Shown here one piece after another: positions 50,965 to 64,000 of a stretch of DNA of 64,000 bases; position 1 is the first letter of the stretch, and each line of letters begins with the position of its first letter. The position numbers and the translations under genes are program-made. Below the pieces are notes generated by a model. That model worked only from the letters and a program-made list of their open reading frames with translations, searched no databases and was not told the origin of the DNA. Source of the DNA: Balanoglossus misakiensis (Eukaryota > Animalia > Hemichordata); assembly GCA_040954595.2 (NCBI GenBank), contig CM082593.2, positions 5,783,434-5,847,433 of the forward strand, read 5' to 3'.

Positions 50965-53900
50965 TGTTTCAATATGCCGGCAAGTACAGAAGTAGGACAT
51001 GTACCAGGTGACTCGCGTTTACCTCTTGACCCCTAACCTTGACCTGAACAAACATGGTTATGGACAATCAGCACTGTGCCCTCTAACAAACTTATTTTTA
51101 AAAGCTAAGCTTCGAGTCAAATTGAGGACTTCTAGCTCCGAGTCAGCCCTGAACCTTCGCATGTATTGTGGATAATTTCCTTGAGTCACCAGTGAGTTTG
51201 ACGAGTCAGTGGCGTGTCATATGGCCTTAGAGGCCACACTGACAATCAGCATGAAAGACAAAAACTGAAAATTCAACCACTTGGGAATCCTGACGTGGCA
51301 GAATTTCATCCGATTCTAAGGGGAGGGGATTCCAGCAATTCAGCTTTCATCTTTGTTTCACCACTGCAATGCCAACAATGATACAAAGGGGCGTGGCACC
51401 AGTCTCTCTGGCACACATCCAAGGACAAATCACTCAAAAAAAAAAGTTTGATGTGAAGTCAGGCATGAGCAAATATCAGTGGCCGGTACACCTAATTAGC
51501 CAAATTCTGTACTCTGTATGGGCCAACATTTTTGACATAGAATATTTGTGAAATGAGTGGTTGCTAGGGAACCACGAAGAGATGCAGACACTGGCTGGCA
51601 GAATGATGGAAAACAATGTCTCTGTAGCTGTAAACCTAGTAACATTCCTTCAGTAGAGAACTTCATGAATCTGATCATTGTCAATTACCAGAAATTAAAA
51701 CAACAATGGATATCTTGTCTGTTTAGAACAGATGGATGGGTGGATCTGTAAGGGACAACAGGTATCTTTATGTCATAAAGAACATTTTAGACAAGTGTTT
51801 CTGTTGATTGAAACATGTTGGACTGTCCGTCACGCAACATCAACATAGCATACACCCGTACACCTTGATAAACAAGGCATGCAGCATACATGTTTTTAAC
51901 ATTTTTGTATACATTAAAACTAATCAGCAAAAACAGATGAAGCCGAAATCTTCACGTGTAATATAATATGCGCAATGAAAAGAATATTCTTCGCTTTCCT
52001 GCAGTTATTGATTTAATCTCAGCAGCCCGTGAGACTGGAAGGGAAGTTGGTGGAGATCGGTTCTATTCTATCAGCGTTTGGCACTACATCCTGGGGTCCT
52101 TGGTTTCACAACTTAAAAGCTGTGAAAGCCACGCGTCATTTACATCTCAGAGTGCTCTCAATTACATTAGAAGTGTTCAAACGGCGCGTCAGCGCGGAAA
52201 TTAACTTTCTCTGTCTGGCTGTGTATAGTCCTCGTTTGGAATTGTCAGTTTTATTTCAGGCGAGTGGGGCAGCAAACTAATAAACGCTTGTCCATTGTGA
52301 AGAAGAGCGAAGGCAGAAAAGATGGTAATTCCATTCGAGTTTCTACTCTGTATTTACTGGGTATTGTTGTCGATGGATCCCGTGTGCATCTCATTCAACC
52401 GCTGTCATGATCTGATACGTGGGAGATGAGAATGATATACAATTAAGCCAGTAATGCTTCAGTGCTTTCTTTGCACGACTTTCTATATATATTTTTGATA
52501 AGTGATGTGTCCTAATTACGACCATTCCTAATAATAGATTCTTATCATTACGATTTCTTTATCACATTGGCTGCACTGTATGTAATACAGGCAAGTTTAA
52601 GTTACCAGGAAATATTACGAACACTTTGAAATGTACATATTCTGAAATGGAGAGCAAACCTCTGCAACTGGGAAAGTCACCTTTTAGTTTTATAGCGATT
52701 TCTACTTCAATCACAGCGTGGAAAATGGGCAGTCTAACGAACTGGAACAGTCGACCGCCACTTGCTGAAGCAAACGTAAAGAGCAGAGAGGAGGGGGAAT
52801 TAAAGTCTGGTGTTTTAGAGCTGCAGCCATGACTCACTCTGCAAAGTGGCAGGGGCTGTGAGATACGACCAGTCTAAATAATGGCACAAGTGATGTTCAT
52901 TTGCTTTTAGTGGCAATCTACCTTTCGTGATTTAGGATGCTGCACCATGAAATGTTGGTAATGCGGTCTTCTTGTCATTACCGCTAAACACTGGCGGATC
53001 AGTCTTCGCGGGCGCGGTCCGGAATCCACAATCAGAAGTGACTAAAGAACACAGACTCTGCGCAGACAAACTGCATGCGAAACATGACTATCAATTTCCT
53101 CCAACGGCAATGCTGAATATCATCGTTAGTTAATTAAATGCATAATGGAACTTTTCTCAAGTTTCAGAGATCTGCAAAGATCTAGCAAACCGGGTGGAAA
53201 AATTCGGAAAATAATCCGATTCCAGAAAGCAAGTAATCTTTCGTACATGTAATATAATACCACTACTTTCCACATACATGGTGTAGCCTCAGGAGATGTG
53301 CAACATTATCTAAATAAAGAAATGCCTTCATTTGACATCATTTTTTTCTGGGAAGCGCATTTACATAAGCGCTCACACATCGCTTGCAGAATACCACGGG
53401 CAGGCCATTTCCGGTGAAATATTCTCATCAGGTTTTTATCTGTGAAAGCTGCAGGTTCATTGATTTACTCTTTAATGCAGATCACTAATAGGAAAACATG
53501 ACTAATGTTTTGTGCCTGGGTTCATCACTGTCTCCATACTAAACTGTTTAATGCGTGATAAAGTGCAAGCACTGAGGCAAGACACTGGCAGGTCCGCCAA
53601 CATTTCCTGAAGATATACACACATCGACAAATGAACAGAGTTACTTACACAGGGAGACCTGGAGGTTAGTTACGCGGTAATAGTACATCAAAATTGACGG
53701 CAAGAGGTTGCGCTCTTGATCATCCCATAACAGGAACCTGCTTAACATCATTTTAAGCATTAATTAATACATCAATGATATTTATAACTTTACAACTGAA
53801 AGGAGATTTCCCCCATCAGATCATTTAATGATTCCCATTAAACTTCAATGCCTGTAAGCATTACAGACAGTGCATGCGTCTCAGAAGCAGCACTATGACT

Positions 53901-56900
53901 ACAAGAAACATCGTTGTGACATTACTTCAGTAACAGTCTGACTGAAGCAATCTTTTTCCTGGTGCAGTGGTTCAAGGAGAAATAAAAGGATTTTCTAGTT
54001 TGCTTTAGTTTGGCAATGATTGTCACCTGTTTGACCTGAAGACTGATGTACATAGAAATTCAGGAAAAAGGCACATAGTGATGATAGTCATGTCAAATAA
54101 AGACATGGTCCATTTGCTGAAAGCAGTCATCGTTTCATTTTTTTGTCTATTCAGTTGAAAAGCCAACACGCCCAAACCTTCTGTGGCAATTATCACCTGA
54201 AGCACAATTACTTGAATACACGAAGCAGAGATACCAAGTCCACCCAAACAGCACGATTTGTCTTCAGCCAAAGGGCCTTTTTTTCACATTCAAAAGCTCT
54301 ACCCCAAGCAGCAAATACAAAACAGATCACCCCCTAACCATAGCGACGAAAAGGAAAACTTCATCCACGTAAGATGTTCAACATTTGTGGCTCAAACTGA
54401 ACCTTCGAGGCAAACAAAACAGGATGAAAAGAAATGCTGAACACCATTGCCTTGAACAAGAACAGTTTGATCAATTTTAATAAAATTTTATTCCAAACTG
54501 CAGATGCTCTGATGACTTATGATCTGCAAGAATAGACAAGATAAACATTTAGTCTACTGAAGTTATTAAAGTTTGCCACATGTTTGTCCTTCAAGCATTT
54601 TCTATTGAAGTGGCATCCAAAGTCAAGCGTTTCTCAATTGCAGCACCAGCATAATAAATAGAACTCGTAAACAAGCTAAGGCGTAAGCGGTTGTGGGGTT
54701 GAAAAAGACCATTTTCTACAAGCAAGGCCACCCACTTCAGGTTATTTCTTTGTGTTTGCTGAGTGAAAGTAGAACGGGGTATTCTCTGCGTCGACAATGG
54801 CATGCAGGTTGACGTCTTGCATCGATGGGCACTACCATTCAAGCTAAAGCAAAATTTCATTTTCACATTTCAAATTTTCACAAGAAGGATTGAAATCAAC
54901 TTGGCTGTCCTGCCTCAGAAAAGTGATGCCAGATATCAGAAACGAGCATCCAGAAACTTTCATTTCATTCTGGAGTGACGCTTTCCATTCAAGTGGATGA
55001 GGATAAAGATCATCGATCCTAAAGATTTTTGACAACAGTCGCCAACAATGAGCTCATTGCCGACAAAATCTCTCCGCGGAATGCCTCGGGTGACCTCAAA
55101 AACCCCTGCCAATGTATTTACCAACATGAGGCTCTTCTGCAACAAACGATGGGACTACGAAAAATACCCGACCCCCGGTGACCCTATTAAAAGGCCTCCT
55201 AACTACCACACCCTTACAAGAAGAAAAATTTTCCATCCTCAGGGAAAATTCTGAAGAATGATCAACTTCAAAAATTCACTGATGTGGTCTTGCCATTGTT
55301 ATACTTATAATCTTGAATCTAATAATCAGGGACCACTTGGGCTACAATCATTATCTTCCATCCAACCAGTTCTCTAAATCGATTTCATTCCTCTAATCAA
55401 ACTTTCAAAGATTACTTTGGGTAGGAATTGACTGGAATAAGTGGCTTTAGTTGTTCCTTGCTCAAATGCACATATTTTTTAAGACAAGCTCTGCAGGGCA
55501 GTGGAGAGAATTTAATCCATATCCTTGATTCCTTAAAGCACTTTAGACTTTAGTTAAGAGTAGGCCGAGTAGCTGCATGATTAAACAGAGCCGACGACTA
55601 CAGAACATGCTGAGGAATCAAATATTGCTTCGACGTCTGTACCCCGCAGCAATTACATGGAATACATCAAGCTCAAAAATGTGAAATCTTTGAAATTTGT
55701 TACAGGCCAATGGCATACGTAGACGGTGGAGAGCAAGTTTTTACATGTGGGCACATGAGGGAAGATCAAAGAAACCACAAGTCGCTTCTGTGCAATGCAC
55801 GTATCTCTGCGTTCAGGTCTACCTGCCCATGGGGTGCGATGAAACTCTAGACTTTTCTTTAAATGTAGCTGGATAAACACTGGAGCGTCATCACAGCCAG
55901 ATCTTTTAAAATTCATAAACGGAACAGACAATGAAGTCCTGTTGTGTGTTTTAAAGATGGTGGCAGTGGACAGTAGCTGGCAACAAACAGCCAGTCCGAG
56001 GCAAAACATTCCCCCATTGTATTCTAAAATACTGTCCTGTGTACAAAATCCACCTGCAGTAAACAAACACACCTCTTTTGCAGCAGTGTACATATCTCAT
56101 CATGGCTACAGGTATTTTTAAATTCGGCCATTTCATATTTTACGTTCGAGCTAAAATTATCCCCTTCCAAATGATTTGCATGTCTCAATTTTTTGCAATA
56201 TGTGCTCAGCTATCACAACCATCAAAACGTGATCCAAACACAACCTAGCTGTACACCAAGAATTGTCTGGGGTTTTTAGTTATCTAGAAATGATCGTTCA
56301 GTTCGATCAGTTTAATACCAGAAGGAATAAACTCCCTATACAAGCTATCATACAATATATCATTGGTATTGCCACACAAGAAAAATTGCATATTGTTATG
56401 CATTCTTAATCCACACATAGGTAATTGAAAAGCTTTTTGGTATCATTATAATTACACTCATTTTTTATATTTAATTTTAAAAATAGTCCTATTGTAGAAA
56501 TGCCTTTTCAAAGCATTCATGCATACATGGCACAGCACTGTCTACAGAGATAGTCGTTCTCATGAAATATACATATTTCACGATAGTGACATCTTTTTTC
56601 TGTTTCACTCAATATGTTCTGCAACAATGCAATACTATTAACTTTACATTTACAAGGACAATACCAGTCGATCTACGACGTATGTACCATCATCAATTTC
56701 AGTTGGCGACCTCAAAAATAGGCGACCACTGTTCTGCTTGTGAATATGCAGTGATCCCAATAAAATTTTCCTTTATTGGCGAACGGCACAGCTTTTCAAA
56801 TGGGTGGAGGCTGGCGGCAACTGAATGTTTATGGAAAAATACAGAGACAAAGGTTGGGACTTAGACTATGCTTGGGTGTTACCTCAACAATAGATTGAAG

Positions 56901-59361
56901 CGACATCTGTTGTCTAGGTGAGGTCAAAATTCAGATGACCCGCAAGTACAACACTCCCATATTCAGATATCAATGATCTTAAAAAACATACCGCAGTTAT
57001 ATCTTCCTGTTTATTTCTGCCATGAATTTTTTACCATTTGGTACATATTAGGATTAACTAGTACTATCATCTTTCATCTTCAGGATGTGTTCATTGCAAG
57101 TGGACAAATTTGTAACTCTGCATGTATGATTTACGGTATGAGCATAAAAAATGCATACAGCCTCCAGGCTGATACTACTTATAAAATGGTAATGAAGGTA
57201 AAAAATATTCCCTAGAAAACACCGCCATTATATTGATGAAATTACTTCAATACTTCTGAGGACGTGTAAAAGAACACAATCAATATACATCGGATACTTC
57301 AGTTCGCAGATGACCTGACCTTTCGATAATTACACCAACAACCATGGAGTTGTATCATTAAAAAAAAATTCATCGGATCAAATCGTAGCGCTTGGCTTCC
57401 ATTTATGCCAGCTGAACAGCTATTTCATAAACACAGGCCATACAACTAGCAGGGTGGCACACGCACACTTTCTCTTGCAGATCAAATGACACTAGAAGAT
57501 ATCATGTTCAACACCTTGACACAGAAAGATAATAATGGATACACAATAACACCGTGTGCTGTCCAGGCCAAACACTCAAAGCACAGGTTTTCCCGGTGTA
57601 TTGTGACAACCAAGGAAACACAGAGAAACGTCAAACAGAAAAACATACAGCAAACATGTTCCAAGACGAGTTTATTTCTCTGACACAATTACCCACAATG
57701 CATCAAATCCACTGATTCCCCCAACAAGATACACAGGTTAGAAGATACAGCACCAGGTTTCATGTTCAGCCTACCTGATGCGTTAATTTCCTTTGGCCCT
57801 AAAAATAGACAAGTACAATTTATCGAGTCATCCAACAGTAACATTTCAGCCTTATCTACACAGCCCATTTCAATTTTTTCTGTCTCGAAATAGACACAGA
57901 TGATGTCAGACCACCTGATCCACTCATTACATTTCCATCTTCTCAGTGAATGAAGCTACTGGTCAAGATATAACACTAACAGACCAGTTTACATTTTTGT
58001 CAATCCATGTATAAAATAATACAGTTACTCAATTTTTTTCAAATCAAAGCAATTTATCACCACTCAAAAACAGATCATCAATGGCCTTTTTGTCTCAGTG
58101 GATGGTCAACCCAGGTATTACATGTATAATCTTGACCACGCACCTTTTGATAATTGCACAACTGACCTTCACAATCAAATTTGTTATGATATGCACAGAT
58201 GTTACAGACTACATGTATTATATGACAGGTGTGTTGGCAATGGCATATGATTGTGTTCGCAGTCAGTGGAAAGCATACTTCTATGGCATTACTTTCATCT
58301 AGAATGCCCTAAAAATCAATCACAGAATGTGAAGTATTGATTTTACGTGAAATGGTGGTAATAATGTCAAGCACTGGTTCGTCTGAATATGATCTCAAAA
58401 CCACTTAACACTTTGCAGCTGAAATTAAAGTTAAAATGTGAAAACAAAACATTAATTACATACCAAAACTACAGAAATATAATTTTTACTCTGTACACTA
58501 TCTCTGATACTCAACATTTTATCTGCTACATGACTGTACTACTTAATTATAAAATCGTGATACTTCACGATTTCAACATGCCACATAAAACAATGGTTAC
58601 TGCTGAGAGATCTGATCAGATCTGACACAGGGCTACATGCAATTTAATTAATGATAAAGCATCCCGATAACATCATACTGATCATGACAATCTAGGTACT
58701 TGGAGCAACCCATCTCTTGACCTTTGAACCCTTTCATAACATTAATAAATTCTCCGCATTATGAGGAAGATGAAGTAATGCCTGTGATGACTCCGTGTTC
58801 AAAAGGCTATCATCCTTTCCTGCACAGTAGTTTAAGGTCAAAAGACCTGTGTTATGGAGGCGTTATGGTGATAGTAAATCTGCCAACTTTTACTAGACTA
58901 GCCGGCAATACAAATTTTACATTTATAACAACAGTACTGCATGAGAAATGACTTGCACTTTGATGGCAGTTAACACGAGGCAAAACTACACGACATGGAC
59001 TTCTTTGCAGCAATGAAAGTCACGACAAATATTCGTCAGTGCAATTCACAAATTCATGTTTAAAACCATGGCTTCACGATGCTGCAAACCATACGCACTA
59101 TACCGTGCTAATCATGTTGCCATGGACACAATCCTCGCAGGGTGGTTATTTCGTTTCAAGGTGTTGACAGGGTTTATCTGAAATGCAAATTAGACTGTAA
59201 TGGGGCGGTTTTTAACAAATGGAACCATCAACAAGAACGACTTCTAATTTTAGGTCATACTGCCCTGACTAATGTGTGATTATCTACCAGCTACTGCAAA
59301 CACTTACACAGTACTGGTACAATCATAGAACTGTACATGTACATCACCAGGCATTTGCATA

Positions 59362-59404
59362 AGAGAGAGGGAGAGAGAGAGAGAGAGAGAGCGTGTGTGT
59401 GTGT
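59362..59404. repeat. Compound (GA)n/(GT)n microsatellite
   Basis: Directly visible. Confidence 0.9.
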
Positions 59405-62400
59405 ACATATATGTATGTTTCATGTGTATGCGTCACCCCTGCGTGTGTGAAATGCTTTGAATCACATTGCAATTAGCACTAAATGACCTGCTTCTTTCAA
59501 CCATACAAGATTGCCACCCTTTTGTTCAGTGACATAAATGTTACTGTTGAAAAATACTTGTCATCGATCTTTACACCACAGGCTGCAAATCTTGAAATTT
59601 ACAACTGGCATATAAACACATCATGGAGTCACAACACATAACCCCAAACTTTCAACATGCCAACCAGCGCAGTATCTCATGTTATTTGTTTTCACAGGGA
59701 CCAGGGAAAGAAGCCTGCAGTCTGTTCACAGCAGAAATGCGAATCACAGGTCGATAGTTTCTTGATTTTTTCTCAACGGCTCACATTTCACAAGCAAGTA
59801 CGTTCAGGCATTCTTTCGAACCAGCTGACGAGCTGTTAGATGGGGCTGGGGAGTTTCAGCATGGGAGTATATAAGAAAATCAGACCTGACCGCATTATCT
59901 ATCCAAATATAGGAAACAAACAAATGTGGCAGGTTCTACACAATAATTCAGTAGTGATTTACAGTGGGTTGAACTCGTGACAAATTAGCTCTGTTCCTGT
60001 CAAAGGTGCTGTCGGTCCTGGCCCAACACAATCACCTAAAACCCAATCTAAACCCCAAATTAGTTTGCTTTTCGGGGCTGAAAAGGGCAGAACAAAGTCC
60101 CTCTAAAGCCAGGTAAGACAACATTCCTATACCAACACCACGGAACACAGCTCAGTCGTCAAAAGAGTGGTCAGCCTGTTCATGTCTGCACAAAACGGTT
60201 TCTTTTCAGAACGCTGGGAAAACAAAAGCGTGAATTCGGCCCCAGAAGCGCAGCGCATTCACAGAGTCGAAGTTCAAATTTGTCCAGCACTAAAAATGTT
60301 TATTGTTGCGTATTTGCCGACTTCCAATGCACCCGTAACAGGTGCTGTCAGAACACTCCTCGAGTCAGTGGTAGGTAATCTCTGACGCTGCCCTTTCAGT
60401 CCAAAGCTTTTTAGAACTTACGAACGTGGTTGATTTCATCAAGAAATTTACGCACCAATGGCGACACCCTGGTGCACATTTCTTACCCTGAAATAACCCT
60501 ACACCTGACAATCAGAAGTTGCCAATCCAAGGTTACCATCCTTTCATAACCTGGCCATAACCCCAGGTAGATACACCCTTTCTGCACACACATAAAATAT
60601 CCTTCATTATATGGTACACAAAACCGCCAAAACTGAAATACACTCCCCTCCATAAACTACTTTTCATAAAAAACAGCAACATAAGGTACACCCTACATAC
60701 TGCGATTTCCCCCTCGGCTTGGGTGTAACTTGTAACTTGTGTATTCTCTACCTGCCCAGTTTTCAATTTATTATTTGATCATTTCAACAGATTGCTATAG
60801 ACTAGACTGGGCTTAAACTACCAGACCGTAAAACCAGTAGTCTCATAACAGAAGCGGTTCCTACATCTCCTCATGCATATAGCAAGTTTTGCGCTGAATT
60901 GCACAACCTGTACAATCCCACTGCATAAACACTGTCATGACTCAGGGAATTCTACAGTATGACAAGCCTGCACCAAAACCAAACAATGACATGTGAAATG
61001 AACATTTCGCGTCCACCAATCAGTTTCAAAGCTGAATTTTTTTGTGTTTTAATATTTGTTTTAGTATTTGTTGTCTTTCCTTGGCTACACCTTCTTGAAA
61101 CATTTTTGGCCCAGGTCCCAAAAATTGCGAGATAATTTATGAACCTGTCGCCATGAGTAAACTAAACGTCCTTGATATATTGAGACAATGAAGGGGTGTG
61201 TATGTTGACATAGGCGCAGATAAGTTTGGCGAAAACGCCATGACTTTATGTCCCAACACTTTGTGATAAACCTTGGTGATATATTGGTGCTGATAAAATA
61301 TTGCCCATGCTGTACTGGTATTCTAACAACGGACAGTGGTATGCAGGGCATTTTAACTGACTTTTCCGATGTTTAAACCAGAAACATCTGAACAGGGAGC
61401 AAGGCGATGGTTTGACCACATGATTGAACTGACCCAGACTGATCCGAACTCATTGGATTAGTTTTGCTTGTCTACACCAGCGTCTCGAGTTTCAAACATA
61501 TATGCTTTATCCCATGAACGAAGAGGAAAAAATTGAGCCGAAATACAGAGAAAGTTGCGGACTTGCGTGGATCGAGTTTCGATAATTGCCATCTTGCACA
61601 GACATGCATTTCTGGACTTTGGAATTCCAGGCCTTCACTCCAAGTTCTCATGATGATCGGATGCCTCTCAGAAGACAAGACTGAATCACTGAGTCGCCCA
61701 ACCACACACAAAGCAATCGTGCCACGCATGAATGACTTCATACATCTGATGCCACTGTAAAAAGGAGAGATGGTCCCAGCAATGGCCTGATGAGAATAGA
61801 AGCGATGACTGACTATATGGAATTGTAATTATGACAATCATCCCAGAGAAACATACCATTGTATCTCTTTGGTTAGGGCAAAGTGGTATCACAGCACTAG
61901 AAATTCGCTGCAATTATAAGAAGCTTTGTTCACCAAACATAGCTTGGATTTTATACTCTAGCACTATTTAAAATAATTCTTTGAGAGCAAAACAATGACT
62001 TGTTTACTTCTTTATATGGGGTCACTAAAGTTGAACTGAAAATTCCATACAACAGTAATTTTAGAAAAGACCTGTTAATTTCTCTGGACACCACAAAGAA
62101 TGAAAATTTAGCCAACTTACAATGTATGTCCCAAGGAGTGGTGAATTCCTCGGGGGAATTTCACGTTTCTTAAACCAAACAATTTAAAGCTTGATTTCAA
62201 AAGTGACCGAAAAATGTAATCTTCGGACTTTAACAGAACTACTTGTGGGAGAATTTCAGAGTGGGCAGATCAGACTGAACCAGATTATTTGCCATGTTTT
62301 CAAAAACATTTTTTCGCGATGTAGCCCTCGGCTGCAGTCATTCGAAAATAACCCGTCACAGCTGGGACAGGATAAACCTAGCATGGCGGGCAGCATCCAC

Positions 62401-64000
62401 GACCACCACCACGTGTGGGGGAAGACAGTTCACGAAGCATCAATAACAGTCTAATTGGACGTCTTGGCACTTCAGTGTCACGCATCTCCTGAATTTTTTT
62501 CAGCAATTGAGGTCAATTAGCTACTGGCTGTTGTCTGCTGTGCCACTACAGGCTGTCCGCACTGTTTGTGGACAAACACAGCTCGGTCTTTGGGGGTGAG
62601 GACCCATGTAAAGCTTACATAACCGGTATGACAGACAGCTATCAACATCAACCCAAACTCCTTCCTTCCTTCCTTCACATACCACCTTTCACTGTCATCA
62701 CAGACCATCAACTATCTGTGCACATCTGAATCAGTTTCATTCTTTCTCTGCGGTATTGATAAAAGTAGGTATTCAAAACATTTTAAGATTGTATTGGTTG
62801 TCTTTGATAGGTTATTCTTCTCCTCCTTCATACCCAAATCTTTCTCAGAGAAATGTGAATGGAATAAATCCTCACTCCAGCTTGCAGCCAGGTTTCTCAT
62901 TACTACGGTGATGAACCCCTGATCCAAAATCCTTTCCCAATATGATGAACCGACTTTAATTACTGCGCTCCCCCTTTTCATAAAATTCTGACTGAGATAA
63001 ATCTGTAATCAATATAATCAATACTGATGAGTCACATTCACCAAAAGGGAAATCTAATTCATTTGCGTTACGCACTGCGAGACAAACATTCGCTGGATGT
63101 AAGACGGGGGTATTCTAATGCAAATCGAACGACGACAACAACATTGAAGGCAGGGATTTCACCCTCTGAGTGTAAGCATTGATTCATTTCAAAGGATGAT
63201 CACCAAAGCTTGAACTCCTCGGGAAAGCGCATTTGAATAAATCTCGGGTTAAGAAAGGTGGATTCAACACCAAGCCTTACGGGGTGAAAGGTCACCCAGT
63301 CTAGAAGGGACACCACCAGCAAACTGAGTCTTCCGGCAGCCATCTGGGCAAACAGTGAGCAAATTAGCCACAACAGTAAAAAAAAAGTATAAGTACCCAT
63401 GTGTAGTTGTGAGGCAGCCAAACAAGCTTCTGAATAGACACCCCCCCCAAATCCCAGATTAATCTGCCCATGACAAAAACAATCTACTGTGTAGTTTTAT
63501 TGCGACGGCTTTCAACAATCAAACCTTAGAGGTGGTGCAACACATTCCTGTTGGGCAAATCTAGGCTCCATAACAATAGCTGTCAACTTCTCAAACACGG
63601 GCACTGATTTTGGTTGTTTTTTTTCTGAAGTGTCCTATTATCAGAAGCAACGCTCGATGTTCACACCCACTGCCCAAAGCACAAGTGCTGGTTAGCAATC
63701 GTTCTCGGGAGAAAATGCCGAAAAATATCTATCTCCAGGTACAGCCTTGTTGCCATCAACAAACAATAGTTCACTGGGCTTTGAAGTGGCACTAAACACC
63801 TCATGATCTTCAAAGAAAAAGAACTATTGAACTACAACACGTATATGTCAAAGTGCCCTTAATAGCAACTTTGGCGTTTCTGTTTTTTTTCTAATATCCA
63901 ACTGTCCTGTTTCTCTTTGGATTGTAGTCACTGAAGAGCATATAAGGCACAATTCTAATTAAAATGAAACCCAAGAGTTTATCAATAATTTAATGAAATG

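Larger units (their letters stand above)
31914..64000 (-). other. Probable >32 kb intron of the hnRNP D/AB-like gene (first coding exon not found in window)
   Basis: The RRM1 exon begins with an acceptor (CTTACAG|G) and has no ATG. I saw no convincing coding exon, CpG-island promoter or other gene upstream in the window. Confidence 0.55.

Noticed and set aside
32000-64000. Numerous 60-146 aa ORFs in the large intron
   Set aside because: They show no recognisable domains, no coding-like composition and no consistent splice-phase chains.
1-64000. CRISPR arrays, rRNA, operons, intact transposons, conserved miRNAs
   Set aside because: The DNA is spliceosomal eukaryotic. I saw no repeat-spacer arrays, transposase/RT ORFs or full-length matches to recalled bilaterian miRNAs by eye; only short seed-like matches occurred. 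An Rfam scan is still warranted.

Overview
Eukaryotic (animal, most likely marine invertebrate) genomic DNA with GT-AG spliceosomal genes; most ORFs in the supplied track are spurious. I reconstructed four genes exon by exon with consistent phases. (1) NCOA4, the ferritinophagy receptor (minus, 6 coding exons, ~737 aa, plus a non-coding first exon near 10,009). (2) BLOC1S2 (minus, 5 exons, 154 aa). (3) RNF181, a RING-H2 E3 ligase (plus, 6 exons, 153 aa), head-to-head with BLOC1S2 across 188 bp. (4) An hnRNP D/AB (squid/AUF1-like) two-RRM gene (minus, 8 coding exons at 18,857-31,913); I could not find its first coding exon, so 32-64 kb is probably one very large intron. Positions 1-1,500 look like the CpG-rich promoter and first exons of a further, unidentified minus-strand gene. 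Main findings: NCOA4 carries ~10 repeated F-x(8-12)-WL motifs (two closely match the single human ferritin-binding motif), the conserved Fe-S/HERC2 cysteine motif, a canonical LIR and an HRE-rich promoter. The hnRNP gene has an atypical Ala/Pro/Tyr tail, a candidate NMD cassette exon in a spliced 3'UTR and stacked alternative donors. Convergent CTCF-like sites bracket the compact gene cluster. All homology calls come from recalled sequence motifs, not database searches.
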